A stretch of 64,000 nucleotides of DNA from contig JALVQZ010000250.1 in assembly GCA_027036355.1 (NCBI GenBank), forward strand, positions 3,596-67,595, read 5' to 3'. Position 1 is the first letter of the stretch. Each line of letters starts with the position of its first letter. The notes under the pieces are model-generated. The model ran no database searches. It was not told the origin of the DNA and saw only the letters and a program-made list of their open reading frames with translations. Source of the DNA: Acidimicrobiia bacterium (GTDB taxonomy: Bacteria; Actinomycetota; Acidimicrobiia; Spongiisociales; UBA5794). Of this stretch, positions 8,140 to 19,448 are shown piece after piece. A program made the translations under genes and the position numbers.

Positions 8140-9282
8140 TCGGTCGGGCAGCGGATTCGGGGAGCCGGCGAAGTCGTCGGCTCGCCACCGGCCCTCGTTG
8201 GCGCGCATCCACTCGACCAGGGCTTGGCCTTCGGCCGGCATTCTCCCGATGCCGGTGAGACAGTCCGCGGCGAGCTGGGCGGCCGAGACATAGGTCACCT
8301 CGTCGGCGTTCCAGGAGCGGGCGTAGGCGGCGGCGTCGTAGGGGCGGGCGAGGATGACGTTGGCGCCGACATCGGCGGGAAGGAGCCCAAGCGTCTCGGC
8401 GATCTCGGCAGGGTCGTCGGCGTAGATGACGGCGACCGCCGGGGCTGCCACCGGTGCAAGCAGGTTGGCGCCCAGGGATCCGGTGACCGCCCAGCGGGTT
8501 TCGAGTTGAGATGCCGCCAGCGCCGCAGGCAGGTCCCGGACGACGCCGGGGGCGATCCACGTCGAGGTGGCGTTGGCATCCAGCAGGCGGTAGGTGCTCG
8601 TGAGCTGGGTGAGCAGACCTGGCCAGTCCACCTCGGTCACCGGGCCCCGACGTTCCCGGAACGCCAGCCGTTCTTCTTCCAGGACTTTGAGAACGCGAGA
8701 CGTGTAACCGGGGTCGGTGCCGACGGCGGCAGCCAGCACTCGGACACCGTAGGGGGGCCTCACCTCGATCATCGTCTTGAGCAGCGCCCACGCCTTGGGT
8801 CCCCGAAGGCTGGGGGAGGCCGGCTGCTTCGGTGCGGGGTTCTGCTCCGCTCCGTCGACGCGCACGACGAGACCGGGCTCGTCGAGGACCAGGTCGACGT
8901 TGCCCGTCGGGTCCATGAACCCGACCCCGAGTCGTCGAAGGACCCCGCGGGTGCGGCGGCTTCCCCAGGGTGCAACGACGAGCCCTTGCCCGTCAGGGTT
9001 CTCGCTCAGGTAGGACCGGAGCCGCGCCGCGACCTCGGCGGCGATCTTCGGAGTGATCTCCGGCTCGTACCCGACGATCAGCCGAGCCTCGCGCCCGCCT
9101 CCCGGCGCCTCGACGGTGATCGTCGCGTCGGGTCGCCACGCCCCACGTGGGGGACGAGGTTGCATCTCCACGTCGACCGACCACGACGACGGGAGCTGAG
9201 CGCGCAGCACCTCGAACGCCGACTCGATGATTCGCCGAGCCGAGGTGGCCTTGTTGCCTGTGCGGGCCGGAACTGTGCTCAT
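8137..9282 (-). CDS. Winged-HTH protein, putative AbiEi-like antitoxin/regulator partner of the downstream nucleotidyltransferase
   Basis: 381-aa ORF with a central wHTH-like segment GVRVLAAAVGTDPGYTSRVLKVLEEERLAFRERRGPVTEV. Its TGA stop overlaps the ATG of the nucleotidyltransferase gene (minus-strand ...CCGATGACG...). Confidence 0.5.
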   Translation of the reverse strand: MSTVPARTGNKATSARRIIESAFEVLRAQLPSSWSVDVEMQPRPPRGAWRPDATITVEAPGGGREARLIVGYEPEITPKIAAEVAARLRSYLSENPDGQGLVVAPWGSRRTRGVLRRLGVGFMDPTGNVDLVLDEPGLVVRVDGAEQNPAPKQPASPSLRGPKAWALLKTMIEVRPPYGVRVLAAAVGTDPGYTSRVLKVLEEERLAFRERRGPVTEVDWPGLLTQLTSTYRLLDANATSTWIAPGVVRDLPAALAASQLETRWAVTGSLGANLLAPVAAPAVAVIYADDPAEIAETLGLLPADVGANVILARPYDAAAYARSWNADEVTYVSAAQLAADCLTGIGRMPAEGQALVEWMRANEGRWRADDFAGSPNPLPDR

Positions 9283-9392
9283 GATGTCTACATCATACTG
9301 TTGTCCAGAATGAACAACAAGCGATTCTAGGCAACAGCGCCGGAGGCAACTCCTGGTCGATACCGCTGCTCTCGGAACTCCGACGCCTCTGG

Positions 9393-9943
9393 TTGGGCGC
9401 CTCGTGCGAGACTGATGAGGTGTTCACTGTGCATGCGACCAAGAAGCTGCTGAACCGAGTGCGCCGACCGATGATGCCTTCGGTGGTAGATCCGGACACG
9501 GCGCTGGGCAATTGGTACGCTAACGTCCTGTTCTGGCGGCCCCAGGTGGCGCTGCTGGTGAACGAACGGACGCTGTTCCCGGTGTTCATGCCGCTGCGGG
9601 GGCGACGCTCCTCGAGCGGTTCCCCGGTGCTCTCGGAGAGGTGCTTCACGCCCGTGGAGTCCGTGCCGACTTCGTGGCGGCCGAGATGGCGGCGATGTCC
9701 GAGGGCCGATACGCCAAGACGGCGAGCCGCAGCGTCCTCGGGTCGATGAACGAGTTCGTGTATCTCGCCGGAGCCTACCGAGACCGACGGGGAGCGGACG
9801 ATCTGGTCGCTCTGTCACTGTGGTTGGCGCAGACGCCCTGCGGACCGCTGTACGGCAGCCACGTCACCCCCGAGGCTGCGCTGGGCGCCCTCATCGACGA
9901 GTGGGCGGGAGGGCGAAGCCATCGATCAGCACCGACGACGTGA
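9393..9943 (+). pseudogene. Hypothetical gene disrupted by a frameshift at a G-run (ORFs 9393..9749 and 9641..9943 belong together)
   Basis: Frame A gives ...VHATKKLLNRVRRPMMPSVVDPDTALGNWYANVLFWRPQVALLVNERTLFPVFMPLRG. A +1 shift at ctgcggggg gives ...ATLLERFPGALGEVLHARGVRADFVAAEMAAMSEGRYAKTASRSVLGSMNEFVYLAGAYRDRRGADDLVALSLWLAQTP.... Both halves are protein-like. The upstream leader is lower-GC. Confidence 0.4.
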
Positions 9944-10271
9944 CGATGGCTGAAGGGCATGATCTCGGAGGAATGCCGGTCCATGCAGCCAGGGACCATC
10001 TCCGTGGCCCGAAGCCGCGAGCGAAGAGGCGCTCGCTGCGTGTCAGATCGCCGAACTCGGTAGCGAGGCTTGCCTCCGGTCTGCTCGGTCTGCTCGTGGT
10101 GCAGTTGCTGGTCGACCCATGTGAGGAGCCAACCGCCGGCGTCAGGCCGCGGCCAGGCCGCGGGAGGTCGAAAAACGACGGGAAATGACGAAAACGGACG
10201 AGCAGCGAGAACCGTTGCCAGCATTGAGTTTCCGCCGATTCAGTCTGCTCGGTGAAACCCCCCGTTTCGAC

Positions 10272-10314
10272 CTCATAATCCGTCGGTCGCAGGTTCGAGT
10301 CCTGCCGGGCCCAC
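10272..10314 (+). repeat. tRNA-Met 3' half fragment, copy 2 (43/43 nt identical to 4036-4078)
   Basis: Same anticodon-loop, T-arm and acceptor sequence, followed by CCG. No matching 5' acceptor strand or D-arm lies upstream, so it is also a fragment. Confidence 0.6.
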
Positions 10315-10378
10315 CGTCGAGCAGTCCCGTCGGGGTCGTGGCTCTCGCCGGCGTCGAGAGCGTGGTCGGGGTCCGTGA

Positions 10379-12700
<2,322 letters not shown>

Positions 12701-12703
12701 GCG

Positions 12704-14275
12704 TCACGACGGCGAGGGTCGCGCGCGTGCGCGACCCTCGCCGATCGTGCCCGAGGCGCCCTGGAGCTCGACCACGGGAGCGACCGCCGTCGCGGTGAGA
12801 GCGCCGGCGACACCGAGGAGAACCGCCCCGATCCAGCGCCACCCGGTCGGGAAGATCGACGACACGAACAGGTAGTCCTGCGTTGCCGCCCAGGCGGGAA
12901 TCGCCGCCGCGACCCCCGCCGCGCCGGCCAGGAGGAGGCGGCGCGCCCGGTGGCGGCGTATCAGGGGGCGAAGACGTCGACGCCCGGTGTGGAGCCCCCA
13001 CACGATCCGGCCCACCTGTCCGACCGTCATCGCGGTGACGAGGCCGAGAGCCATCCACAGCCATGCCTGCGCCCGGGCGATCACCGAGAAGCCGACCGTC
13101 CCCAGCCCGTTCCACGCCGCCCACCGGTCCACGACCCCGGCGATCAACGGCCAGCTCCTCTGGCTGTTGGCCACCACGACGATCCCGTCGCCGGTTCCGG
13201 GTACGAGATGGAAGTCCGTCATCCACCCGTTGCCCTGCCCGCCGTGCCACACGACGGTGTCGCCGGACGGTGATTCTTCGATGAAGTGCCCGAGGCCGTA
13301 GGCCGGGGAGACCAGTCGGAAGAGGCCTCCGATCTCCGTGGACGGCGAATGGAGGGCCACGATGCTCTCTCGTCCAAGGACCCGGGAGCCGGGGGCGGCG
13401 GGTCCGGTCGTGCCGGCGGCCACGAAACGGGCGAGGTCGTCGACGGTCGTGAACAAGCCACCCGATGCGGCGGCGGGATAGACGTACGGGGCGATGGGGT
13501 TGCCATCGAGGTCGTAGCCCGTCGGAAGAGATCCGGTGAATGCGTCGTTCCACACGAAGCTCGAGCGCTCCATGCCCAGTGGACCGAGGACGTGGTGTTG
13601 CATGTACGTCGCGAACGGCTCTCCGGAGGATTCCTCGACGACGACCTCGAGGAGATCGAAGCCGACGTTCGAGTACGAGAAGGACCCGCCGGGTTCCCCA
13701 ACGACGCGCACCTGGCTCGACAGGTTCTCCCGAAGAGAGGGCATGTCTGCCCCCGGCGGGTAGTGGATCCCGATGGCCCCCAGGGGGAGTCCCGCGGTGT
13801 GCGAGAGCAGCTCCCGGATCGTGATGTCGTCGATCGGTCCGGCTCCCGGCGGGGGCCGCCATCCACCCAGATGGTCGGACACCCGGTCCTCGAGCCCGAG
13901 GCGTCCCTCCTCGACCAGGCGGAGGACCCCCCATGCCGTCACGGACTTGGAGATGGACTCGGCTCGGACCACATCGCCGGTCGTGATCGGCCGGCCGGTG
14001 GCGATGTCGGCCATCCCGTAGGCGTCCGACCAGACGACGTCACCTCCGTCGACGAGCGCCACGACGATCCCCGGCACGTCGTATGTCTCCATCATGCGGG
14101 GGATCTCCGCGTCGAGGGTCGCAGTGAACGCGTCGAGATCGCCGTCGGCGTCGGCCGCTGCTGGTCCGGATGCGACCATCAACGCAACGACGATCAACCA
14201 GCACGGCCCAGGTACCGAGCGGAACACCGATGCCCGGCGGCCCGCCCGGTTTCTGACGGAAGTGCGATCGAGCAT
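12704..14275 (-). CDS. Beta-lactamase-family serine hydrolase (SxxK motif SISKS) with C-terminal transmembrane region
   Basis: Protein-like part of ORF 12704..14869. Likely start ATG 14275 (MLDRTSV...LIVVALMVASGPAAA signal). ESISKSVTAWGVL matches the class C / esterase family. C-terminal hydrophobic helices are present. The upstream 5' part of the ORF is artefact. Confidence 0.7.
   Translation of the reverse strand: MLDRTSVRNRAGRRASVFRSVPGPCWLIVVALMVASGPAAADADGDLDAFTATLDAEIPRMMETYDVPGIVVALVDGGDVVWSDAYGMADIATGRPITTGDVVRAESISKSVTAWGVLRLVEEGRLGLEDRVSDHLGGWRPPPGAGPIDDITIRELLSHTAGLPLGAIGIHYPPGADMPSLRENLSSQVRVVGEPGGSFSYSNVGFDLLEVVVEESSGEPFATYMQHHVLGPLGMERSSFVWNDAFTGSLPTGYDLDGNPIAPYVYPAAASGGLFTTVDDLARFVAAGTTGPAAPGSRVLGRESIVALHSPSTEIGGLFRLVSPAYGLGHFIEESPSGDTVVWHGGQGNGWMTDFHLVPGTGDGIVVVANSQRSWPLIAGVVDRWAAWNGLGTVGFSVIARAQAWLWMALGLVTAMTVGQVGRIVWGLHTGRRRLRPLIRRHRARRLLLAGAAGVAAAIPAWAATQDYLFVSSIFPTGWRWIGAVLLGVAGALTATAVAPVVELQGASGTIGEGRARARPSPS
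12711..12742. terminator. Perfect 14-bp-stem hairpin (GGCGAGGGTCGCGC gcgt GCGCGACCCTCGCC) between convergent katG and the serine-hydrolase gene
   Basis: The inverted repeat is read directly from the sequence, 11 nt after the katG stop. It overlaps the last codons (GRARARPSPS) of the minus-strand ORF ending at 12704. Confidence 0.45.
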
Positions 14276-14472
14276 GAGCACCGCGAGATCGAACTGATGG
14301 TCGCGCCGGCGCCGGCGCCGGGAAAGGGTCCATGGCCCTGTCTGTCGTGGCCCTTCGGCCCTAGCGGGACCCTCGGTGGCGCGCCACGATCGGTGATGAC
14401 CCTCGCGACGGTCGTCGGGTGGCCGGTCGCTGGATCCCTGCCCGACGGTCGTTGGTTCCAGAGAGGAGCGAC

Positions 14473-14899
14473 GATGTCCAACCGCCTCCGCTGGGGGATC
14501 GGTGCCCTGCTCGTCCTGCACGGCGCGATCCACCTGCTCGGGTTCCTGTCCACCTTCGATCTTGCCCGGTTCGAGCAGCTCGGCGCCCCGACGCTCCTGC
14601 CGTCCGGGCTGGAACCGGGTGATCCTCTGCTGTTGGCGTTCGGCCTGGTGTGGCTCGTCGCGTTCCTGGCGTTCGTGATCGCCGGCGCAGGTGTGGTCAC
14701 CCAAGCCTCGTGGGCGTGGACGGTGACCGGGATCGCGGCCGGGATCTCGCTGGCCGCGACGGTCGTGTGGTGGCGCGACGCGTGGATCGGGGCGGCGGTC
14801 AGCGCCGTCGTGCTGGTCGTCGCCGTGGTCGTTCATCGTCGTGGCGACGCGACGCTCGACCGCGGGCATCGAGCCGGAGCGATGGAGGGTTCCAGGTGA
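14473..14899 (+). CDS. Small integral membrane protein (hypothetical)
   Basis: ATG 14473 preceded by agaggag. 141 aa with 4 predicted hydrophobic helices (MSNRLRWGIGALLVLHGAIHLLGFL...). Confidence 0.5.
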
Positions 14900-15660
14900 T
14901 CGGCACGATCGATCGGGACGCCGCGTGGCGGGAACTCGTACGACCCGACCGGACCCCGCCGATCCACACCGGTGAGGTGCCGTCGGGTCTGCCCGGCGCC
15001 GCGGAGCGGCTGCTGGGGAGGGTCCTCGGCGCCGGGGCGTCCCTGTCGCCTGTCGTGCTTCTCGAGATGGAGGGCGAGATCAAGCTCAAGGGCTGGATGC
15101 CGTTCCGGGCTCGGCAGGTCCTTCGGGCCGGCGAGGGGTTCGTGTGGGAGGCGGCGGTCGGGAAGCTCCCGGTGCGGTTCCGCGGGGGAGACGCCCTGTG
15201 GAGAGGACGGGGATCGCTGGACTTCCGGTTGTGGGGGATCGTCCCCGTCGCCCGAGCGGCGGGACCCGACGTGGACCGCAGCGCGGCGGGTCGACTCGCC
15301 GCCGAGACCGTCGCTTGGCTGCCCCAGGCGCTGTTGCCGTCGGCGGGTTGCCGCTGGCAGGAGGGCGACGACGCGTCGGCGACCGCGTCGATCCCGGTCG
15401 GTACCGACGCTCTCGACGTGACGGTGACGGTCGACGATGAGGGCCTCCTCACGGAGCTGGTCACCCGGCGGTGGGGAGACCCCGACTCGACCGGTGTCCA
15501 CCGAGCGTTGCCCTTCCGTGACCCCGTCGACGCCTACCTCGACATCGACGGGGTCACGATCGCCGCCTCCGGCCGGGTGGGTTGGTGGTGGGGGAGCGAC
15601 CGGCAAGCGGACGGTGAGTTCTTCCGGTACCGCATCACCGACGGGCGGTTCCCCGGTTGA
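14896..15660 (+). CDS. Hypothetical protein (about 254 aa)
   Basis: GTG 14896 overlaps the TGA of the upstream membrane-protein gene. Protein-like composition (VIGTIDRDAAWRELVRPDRTPP...). No family assigned. Confidence 0.45.
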   Translation: MIGTIDRDAAWRELVRPDRTPPIHTGEVPSGLPGAAERLLGRVLGAGASLSPVVLLEMEGEIKLKGWMPFRARQVLRAGEGFVWEAAVGKLPVRFRGGDALWRGRGSLDFRLWGIVPVARAAGPDVDRSAAGRLAAETVAWLPQALLPSAGCRWQEGDDASATASIPVGTDALDVTVTVDDEGLLTELVTRRWGDPDSTGVHRALPFRDPVDAYLDIDGVTIAASGRVGWWWGSDRQADGEFFRYRITDGRFPG

Positions 15661-15669
15661 CGCAGTCGA

Positions 15670-16062
15670 TCATCTCACGTGGAGGGCCTCGACGACGAGC
15701 CGGGTGATGGTCCTGGCCGTCTCGTCGGTCCATGTCGGAACGACCAGATAGCGAACCCGCTTCCCCGTCCCTTCGAGGCGGCCGTCCGAGAGCAGATGGC
15801 CGTGTTCGAAGCCGACCCGTACGTGGTCGGCATCGGGGAAGATCGCGCAGACGTAGCCGGCGGCGGGGTCGTGGAATCCGAGCCCGTGCCAGCCGAGGTA
15901 GACCCGCTCGGTCGCATCGGGCATCGCGTCGAGGATCGCTTCTCGACATCGCAACGTCAGGTCGACCACGTGGGGGTCGTGGTCGACGAGGAGGCGGTCG
16001 AGCTTCGGGGGTGGGTCGGGGACCGGGCTCCTCACGTTCCCCCTCCGGTGGCGGCGATCCAT
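15670..16062 (-). CDS. DUF1801 (YdhG-like) domain protein
   Basis: C-terminal LGWHGLGFHDPAAGYVCAIFPDADHVRVGFEHG is typical of DUF1801. The start is uncertain (ATG about 16062, or a later GTG). Confidence 0.5.
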   Translation of the reverse strand: MDRRHRRGNVRSPVPDPPPKLDRLLVDHDPHVVDLTLRCREAILDAMPDATERVYLGWHGLGFHDPAAGYVCAIFPDADHVRVGFEHGHLLSDGRLEGTGKRVRYLVVPTWTDETARTITRLVVEALHVR

Positions 16063-16475
16063 CGATCGAGGATCGACGCCGCATCGTTCCCGAGCTGGGA
16101 GACGACGACCTGCTGGACCTCGTCCCAGAGGTCTTCGGCCTCGCCCAGGAGCTCCTTCCCGCGGTCGGTCAACGTGAGCAGCTTGCCGCGGCCGGTCGCC
16201 GGCGGTCGCTCCGCGAGCCATCCGTTGTCGACCATGGCGCGGAGGTTCCGGCTGATCGTCGAGCGGTCGGCGTCCACGATGTGGGCGATCTCGACCGGTC
16301 TGATGGGTTCACCCAGTTCGACGATTCCGAGGATCTCGAGTTGCGCCATGGACATCCCCAGGGGGGACAGCGCGGCGTCGTAGCGCCGGGTCAGGACGCG
16401 GCTGAGGTGCCGGACCCGCCGTCCGATGCACTCGTCACGAAGGCGCATGGACGTGGTGGGAGACATGCCGAACAT
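16032..16475 (-). CDS. MarR-family transcriptional regulator
   Basis: LSPLGMSMAQLEILGIVELGEPIRPVEIAHIVDADRSTISRNLRAMVDNGWLAERPPATGRGKLLTLTDRGKELL is a classical MarR wHTH. Confidence 0.75.
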   Translation of the reverse strand: MFGMSPTTSMRLRDECIGRRVRHLSRVLTRRYDAALSPLGMSMAQLEILGIVELGEPIRPVEIAHIVDADRSTISRNLRAMVDNGWLAERPPATGRGKLLTLTDRGKELLGEAEDLWDEVQQVVVSQLGNDAASILDRWIAATGGGT

Positions 16476-16604
16476 GGTAGTGTGTTGTAGATACAACATA
16501 CATCATCTGGTGACCCGAACCCAAGGAGGCTGCATGACCTCTCCCGCCTACCGCACCCGAGGGCCGTTTCCGCGGTCCGCCGACAACCGACCGGGAACGA
16601 CGTC

Positions 16605-17516
16605 GTGACCGGCGGCGCGTTCGAGATCGACCGCCGGCTCTATCCCTTCTCGAGCAGGTTCATGGAGCTGTCCGACGGGACCGCGATCCACTACGTCGAC
16701 GAGGGGACCGGGTCGCCGACGTTCCTGTTCCTCCATGGCAACCCGACGTGGTCGTTCCTCTATCGGGACCTCATCGCGGGTCTCGCGTCGGACCATCGCT
16801 GCATCGCCATGGACTATCCCGGGTTCGGGCTATCGGAGCCATCTGGCGGGTTCGACTTCACCGCCGCCAGCCAGGCGCGGTCGGTCGCCGAGTTCGTCGA
16901 GCGGCTCGGGCTGGCCGACATCGTGCTGGTCATGCAGGACTGGGGAGGTCCGATCGGCTTCTCGCTCGCAGCCGACCGCCCGTCCCTCATCGACGGCGTC
17001 GTGGTGGGCAACACCTGGGCGTGGCCGCTCGCCGGGGACCGGCGCCTGGAGCTGTTCAGCCGGATCATGGGTGGGCCGATCGGCCGTACCGCCGCCCGCA
17101 CGTTCAACGGCGTGTGGCGGTTCTTCATGTTGCGAGGCTTCGCCCATCGACCGGCGGCCGACGTCATGGCCATGTACGCGGCCCCCTTCCGCTCCGGTCG
17201 GCGCATCCAGACCTCGATCTTCCCGCGGGAGTTGATCGCCGCGGTCGATCTCGAGCGGAAGGCCGAACGCGGGCTCCGCGCCGTGCAGAACCGTCCTGCG
17301 CTGCTGCTGTGGGGGTCCCGCGACTTCGGGTTCCGGGACGCCGAACGGAAGCGGTTCGAAGGGGCCCTCCCGGATCACCGGACGGTCCTCCTCGACGCGG
17401 GACACTTCTGGCCCGAGGACCAGCCGGACGTGGCGGTCCGGTCGATCCGGCAGTGGCTGGCCGATCGTGCGGCCGCTCCCGAGCCCTCACCGGTGCCGGA
17501 CGACGTCGAGCCCTGA
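16605..17516 (+). CDS. Alpha/beta hydrolase, haloalkane dehalogenase-like
   Basis: HGNPTWSFLYRDLI...VMQDWGGPIGF (nucleophile elbow-like GGP/DWG), with a cap domain and a C-terminal His region (GHFWPED). The fold family call is confident; substrate is unknown. Confidence 0.75.
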   Translation: MTGGAFEIDRRLYPFSSRFMELSDGTAIHYVDEGTGSPTFLFLHGNPTWSFLYRDLIAGLASDHRCIAMDYPGFGLSEPSGGFDFTAASQARSVAEFVERLGLADIVLVMQDWGGPIGFSLAADRPSLIDGVVVGNTWAWPLAGDRRLELFSRIMGGPIGRTAARTFNGVWRFFMLRGFAHRPAADVMAMYAAPFRSGRRIQTSIFPRELIAAVDLERKAERGLRAVQNRPALLLWGSRDFGFRDAERKRFEGALPDHRTVLLDAGHFWPEDQPDVAVRSIRQWLADRAAAPEPSPVPDDVEP

Positions 17517-17552
17517 TCGCCACCCGAACGGCCGACGGGTAGATTCGGGCGC

Positions 17553-18119
17553 ATGGACGATGCGGTCCGGATCGAGGTGCACGACCGCGCCGCCTGGCGG
17601 GAGTGGCTCACCGAGCACCACGCCACCGTCCCGGCGGTATGGTTGGTGTACCGCAAAGGTGCTCCCGACCGTTCGCTCACCTACGACGAGTCGATCGAAG
17701 AAGCCCTGTGCTTCGGGTGGGTGGACGGGCTCGTCCGAGGGATCGACGACGACCGCTACATGCGTCGGTTCACCCCGCGACGGCCCAAGAGCAAGTGGTC
17801 GGCGTCGAACAAGGAGCGCGTCGCTCGTCTCATCGAGCGCGGAGCGATGGCGCCGCCGGGATCGCGGGTGGTGGAGGCGGCCAAGGCCGACGGATCGTGG
17901 GACCTGATCCCCGACGCCGAGAGGCAGTGGTCGATGCCTGACGAGCTGGAGGAGGCGCTGGCCGGCGATCCCGAGGCGAGCGAAGTGTTCCGTTCCCTCA
18001 GCGACTCCCACCGACGTGCGTACGTGCGATGGGTGGCTTCGGCCAAACGAGAGGCGACCCGCCGTCGGCGCGCGACGAAGGCGCTCGACATGCTCAGGCG
18101 CGGCGACCGACCGTCCTGA
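17553..18119 (+). CDS. YdeI/OmpD-associated family protein
   Basis: 188 aa. WLVYRKGAPDRSLTYDESIEEALCFGWVDG... and a C-terminal basic tail typical of this family. Confidence 0.55.
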   Translation: MDDAVRIEVHDRAAWREWLTEHHATVPAVWLVYRKGAPDRSLTYDESIEEALCFGWVDGLVRGIDDDRYMRRFTPRRPKSKWSASNKERVARLIERGAMAPPGSRVVEAAKADGSWDLIPDAERQWSMPDELEEALAGDPEASEVFRSLSDSHRRAYVRWVASAKREATRRRRATKALDMLRRGDRPS

Positions 18120-18211
18120 CCCTCGGGACGACATCATCGCCATACCGTCGCTCCTGGCCCGTTGCGCACCCCCGGTTGGTTGGTAGCCTGCAACGGCAGC
18201 AGGAGGTACCC

Positions 18212-18670
18212 GTGGCATCTGCGAACACCGACATGGAACGGAGAGCGGCCGAGCGACGGCGCCGTCGTCGGTTCGTGGTTCGGGAGCGCCGCAGCGGCTT
18301 CGACCGGCGCGGGCCGGGCTCCTCGGCGATCGGCGGTGCCTTCGACCGGATGCTCCGGGCCATGGCCGACAACGACCGGATCCTCCTCCTCGTCCTGGCT
18401 CATCTGGCCGTCCTCAACGTGCTGGACCTGCTGTTCACCCGGCGGGCGCTGGGGCTCGGAGCGGTCGAAGCCAACCCCATCATGGCCGTGCTCTTCGCCG
18501 CCGGGCCCGCAGTGGCCGCACTGATGAAGCTCGAGATGGTCATCATCGGCGGCTTCGTGCTGTGGAAGCTCCGCCGCTACCGCCGGGCGCTCCAGTTCGC
18601 CACCTTCGCCACCGCCGGGTACGCGGCGCTCTTCGGCTACCACCTGTTCCTCGTGGCCCGGTTCGGGTGA
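18212..18670 (+). CDS. Small membrane protein (DUF5658-like)
   Basis: GTG 18212 immediately after aggagg; an alternative ATG is at 18233. Basic N-terminus followed by 3-4 TM helices. Confidence 0.45.
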   Translation: MASANTDMERRAAERRRRRRFVVRERRSGFDRRGPGSSAIGGAFDRMLRAMADNDRILLLVLAHLAVLNVLDLLFTRRALGLGAVEANPIMAVLFAAGPAVAALMKLEMVIIGGFVLWKLRRYRRALQFATFATAGYAALFGYHLFLVARFG

Positions 18671-18675
18671 CCGCG

Positions 18676-18912
18676 ATGGCCCGGCGGCCCCGCAACCCCA
18701 TGCCCGACGACGTCCTCGAGCTCCTCGAACGCCGGCGCCTCCTCTCCGCCTACGAGGAGCGCCCCGCCTACCAGCGCAACGACTACCTCGGATGGATCGG
18801 GAGGGCGAAGCGCCCCGAGACCCGGGCCAAACGGATCGGCCAGATGCTCGACGAGCTCGAACGCGGCGGGATCTACATGGGCATGCCCCATCCGCCGAGC
18901 GCCAAGGCCTGA
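18676..18912 (+). CDS. Small YdeI/OmpD-associated-like protein (78 aa)
   Basis: MARRPRNPMPDDVLELLERRRLLSAYEERPAYQRNDYLGWIGRAKRPETRAKRIGQMLDELERGG. Its C-terminal motif is paralogous to that of the 17553 gene product. Confidence 0.45.
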   Translation: MARRPRNPMPDDVLELLERRRLLSAYEERPAYQRNDYLGWIGRAKRPETRAKRIGQMLDELERGGIYMGMPHPPSAKA

Positions 18913-18935
18913 TCGGTTCGTCCTGCCGGCCGAGG

Positions 18936-19331
18936 TCAGCTGCGGGCGCGGCGCCTCGATGCACGCTTGCGCCGGGCGCTGACCCGCTGGTCGATGTACA
19001 GGCCGATCACCGCCACGCCGCTCAACAGGTAGAACACCGTGAAGAGCTTGGCCAGGTCCGTCGTCGGAGACAGATCCCCGAACCCGACGGTGGTCACCGC
19101 GACGGTCGAGAAGTACAGCGAGTCGATCCAGCTCCACCCTTCGAGGAAGTGATAGGCGACGGTTCCCACCGTCAGTACCCCCACGGCCAGGCCGGCGACG
19201 AGGCGGCCACCGGCCTGCTCCCACACCCGCTCCGCGGCGATGCGCTCGGCCAGCAGGCGTTTCGCCATCTCGCGATCGACGCTGTCTCCGTCGGTGTCGC
19301 CGTCGCCGGCACGTCGCGGCGCGTCACCCAT
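18936..19331 (-). CDS. Minimal two-TM potassium channel (selectivity filter TTVGFGD)
   Basis: 131 aa from ATG 19331 (RBS gaggagg). TM1, pore helix plus TVGFGD, TM2, then a basic tail. The remainder of ORF 18936..21188 is artefact. Confidence 0.65.
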   Translation of the reverse strand: MGDAPRRAGDGDTDGDSVDREMAKRLLAERIAAERVWEQAGGRLVAGLAVGVLTVGTVAYHFLEGWSWIDSLYFSTVAVTTVGFGDLSPTTDLAKLFTVFYLLSGVAVIGLYIDQRVSARRKRASRRRARS

Positions 19332-19448
19332 GTCGCGTACCTCCTCGTCGGATCCGACCGTCGGGACACACGGTACCGGTACGGCCCTACCAGCTGGTGC
19401 CATGGACGCCGCTGGTAACCTCCCCGGCAGCGCCGGCGAGGACGGGCG

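Noticed and set aside
7293-8291. 332-aa ORF on the minus strand that is extremely Arg/Pro-rich
   Set aside because: It lies out of frame relative to the protein-like AbiEii-type gene on the same strand. Its composition (R/P/G above 50%) is typical of shadow frames in 70% GC DNA.
18134-18964. 276-aa ORF antisense to the DUF5658 and YdeI-like genes
   Set aside because: Arg/Gly/Pro-dominated shadow ORF. The sense-strand genes have RBSs and protein-like composition.
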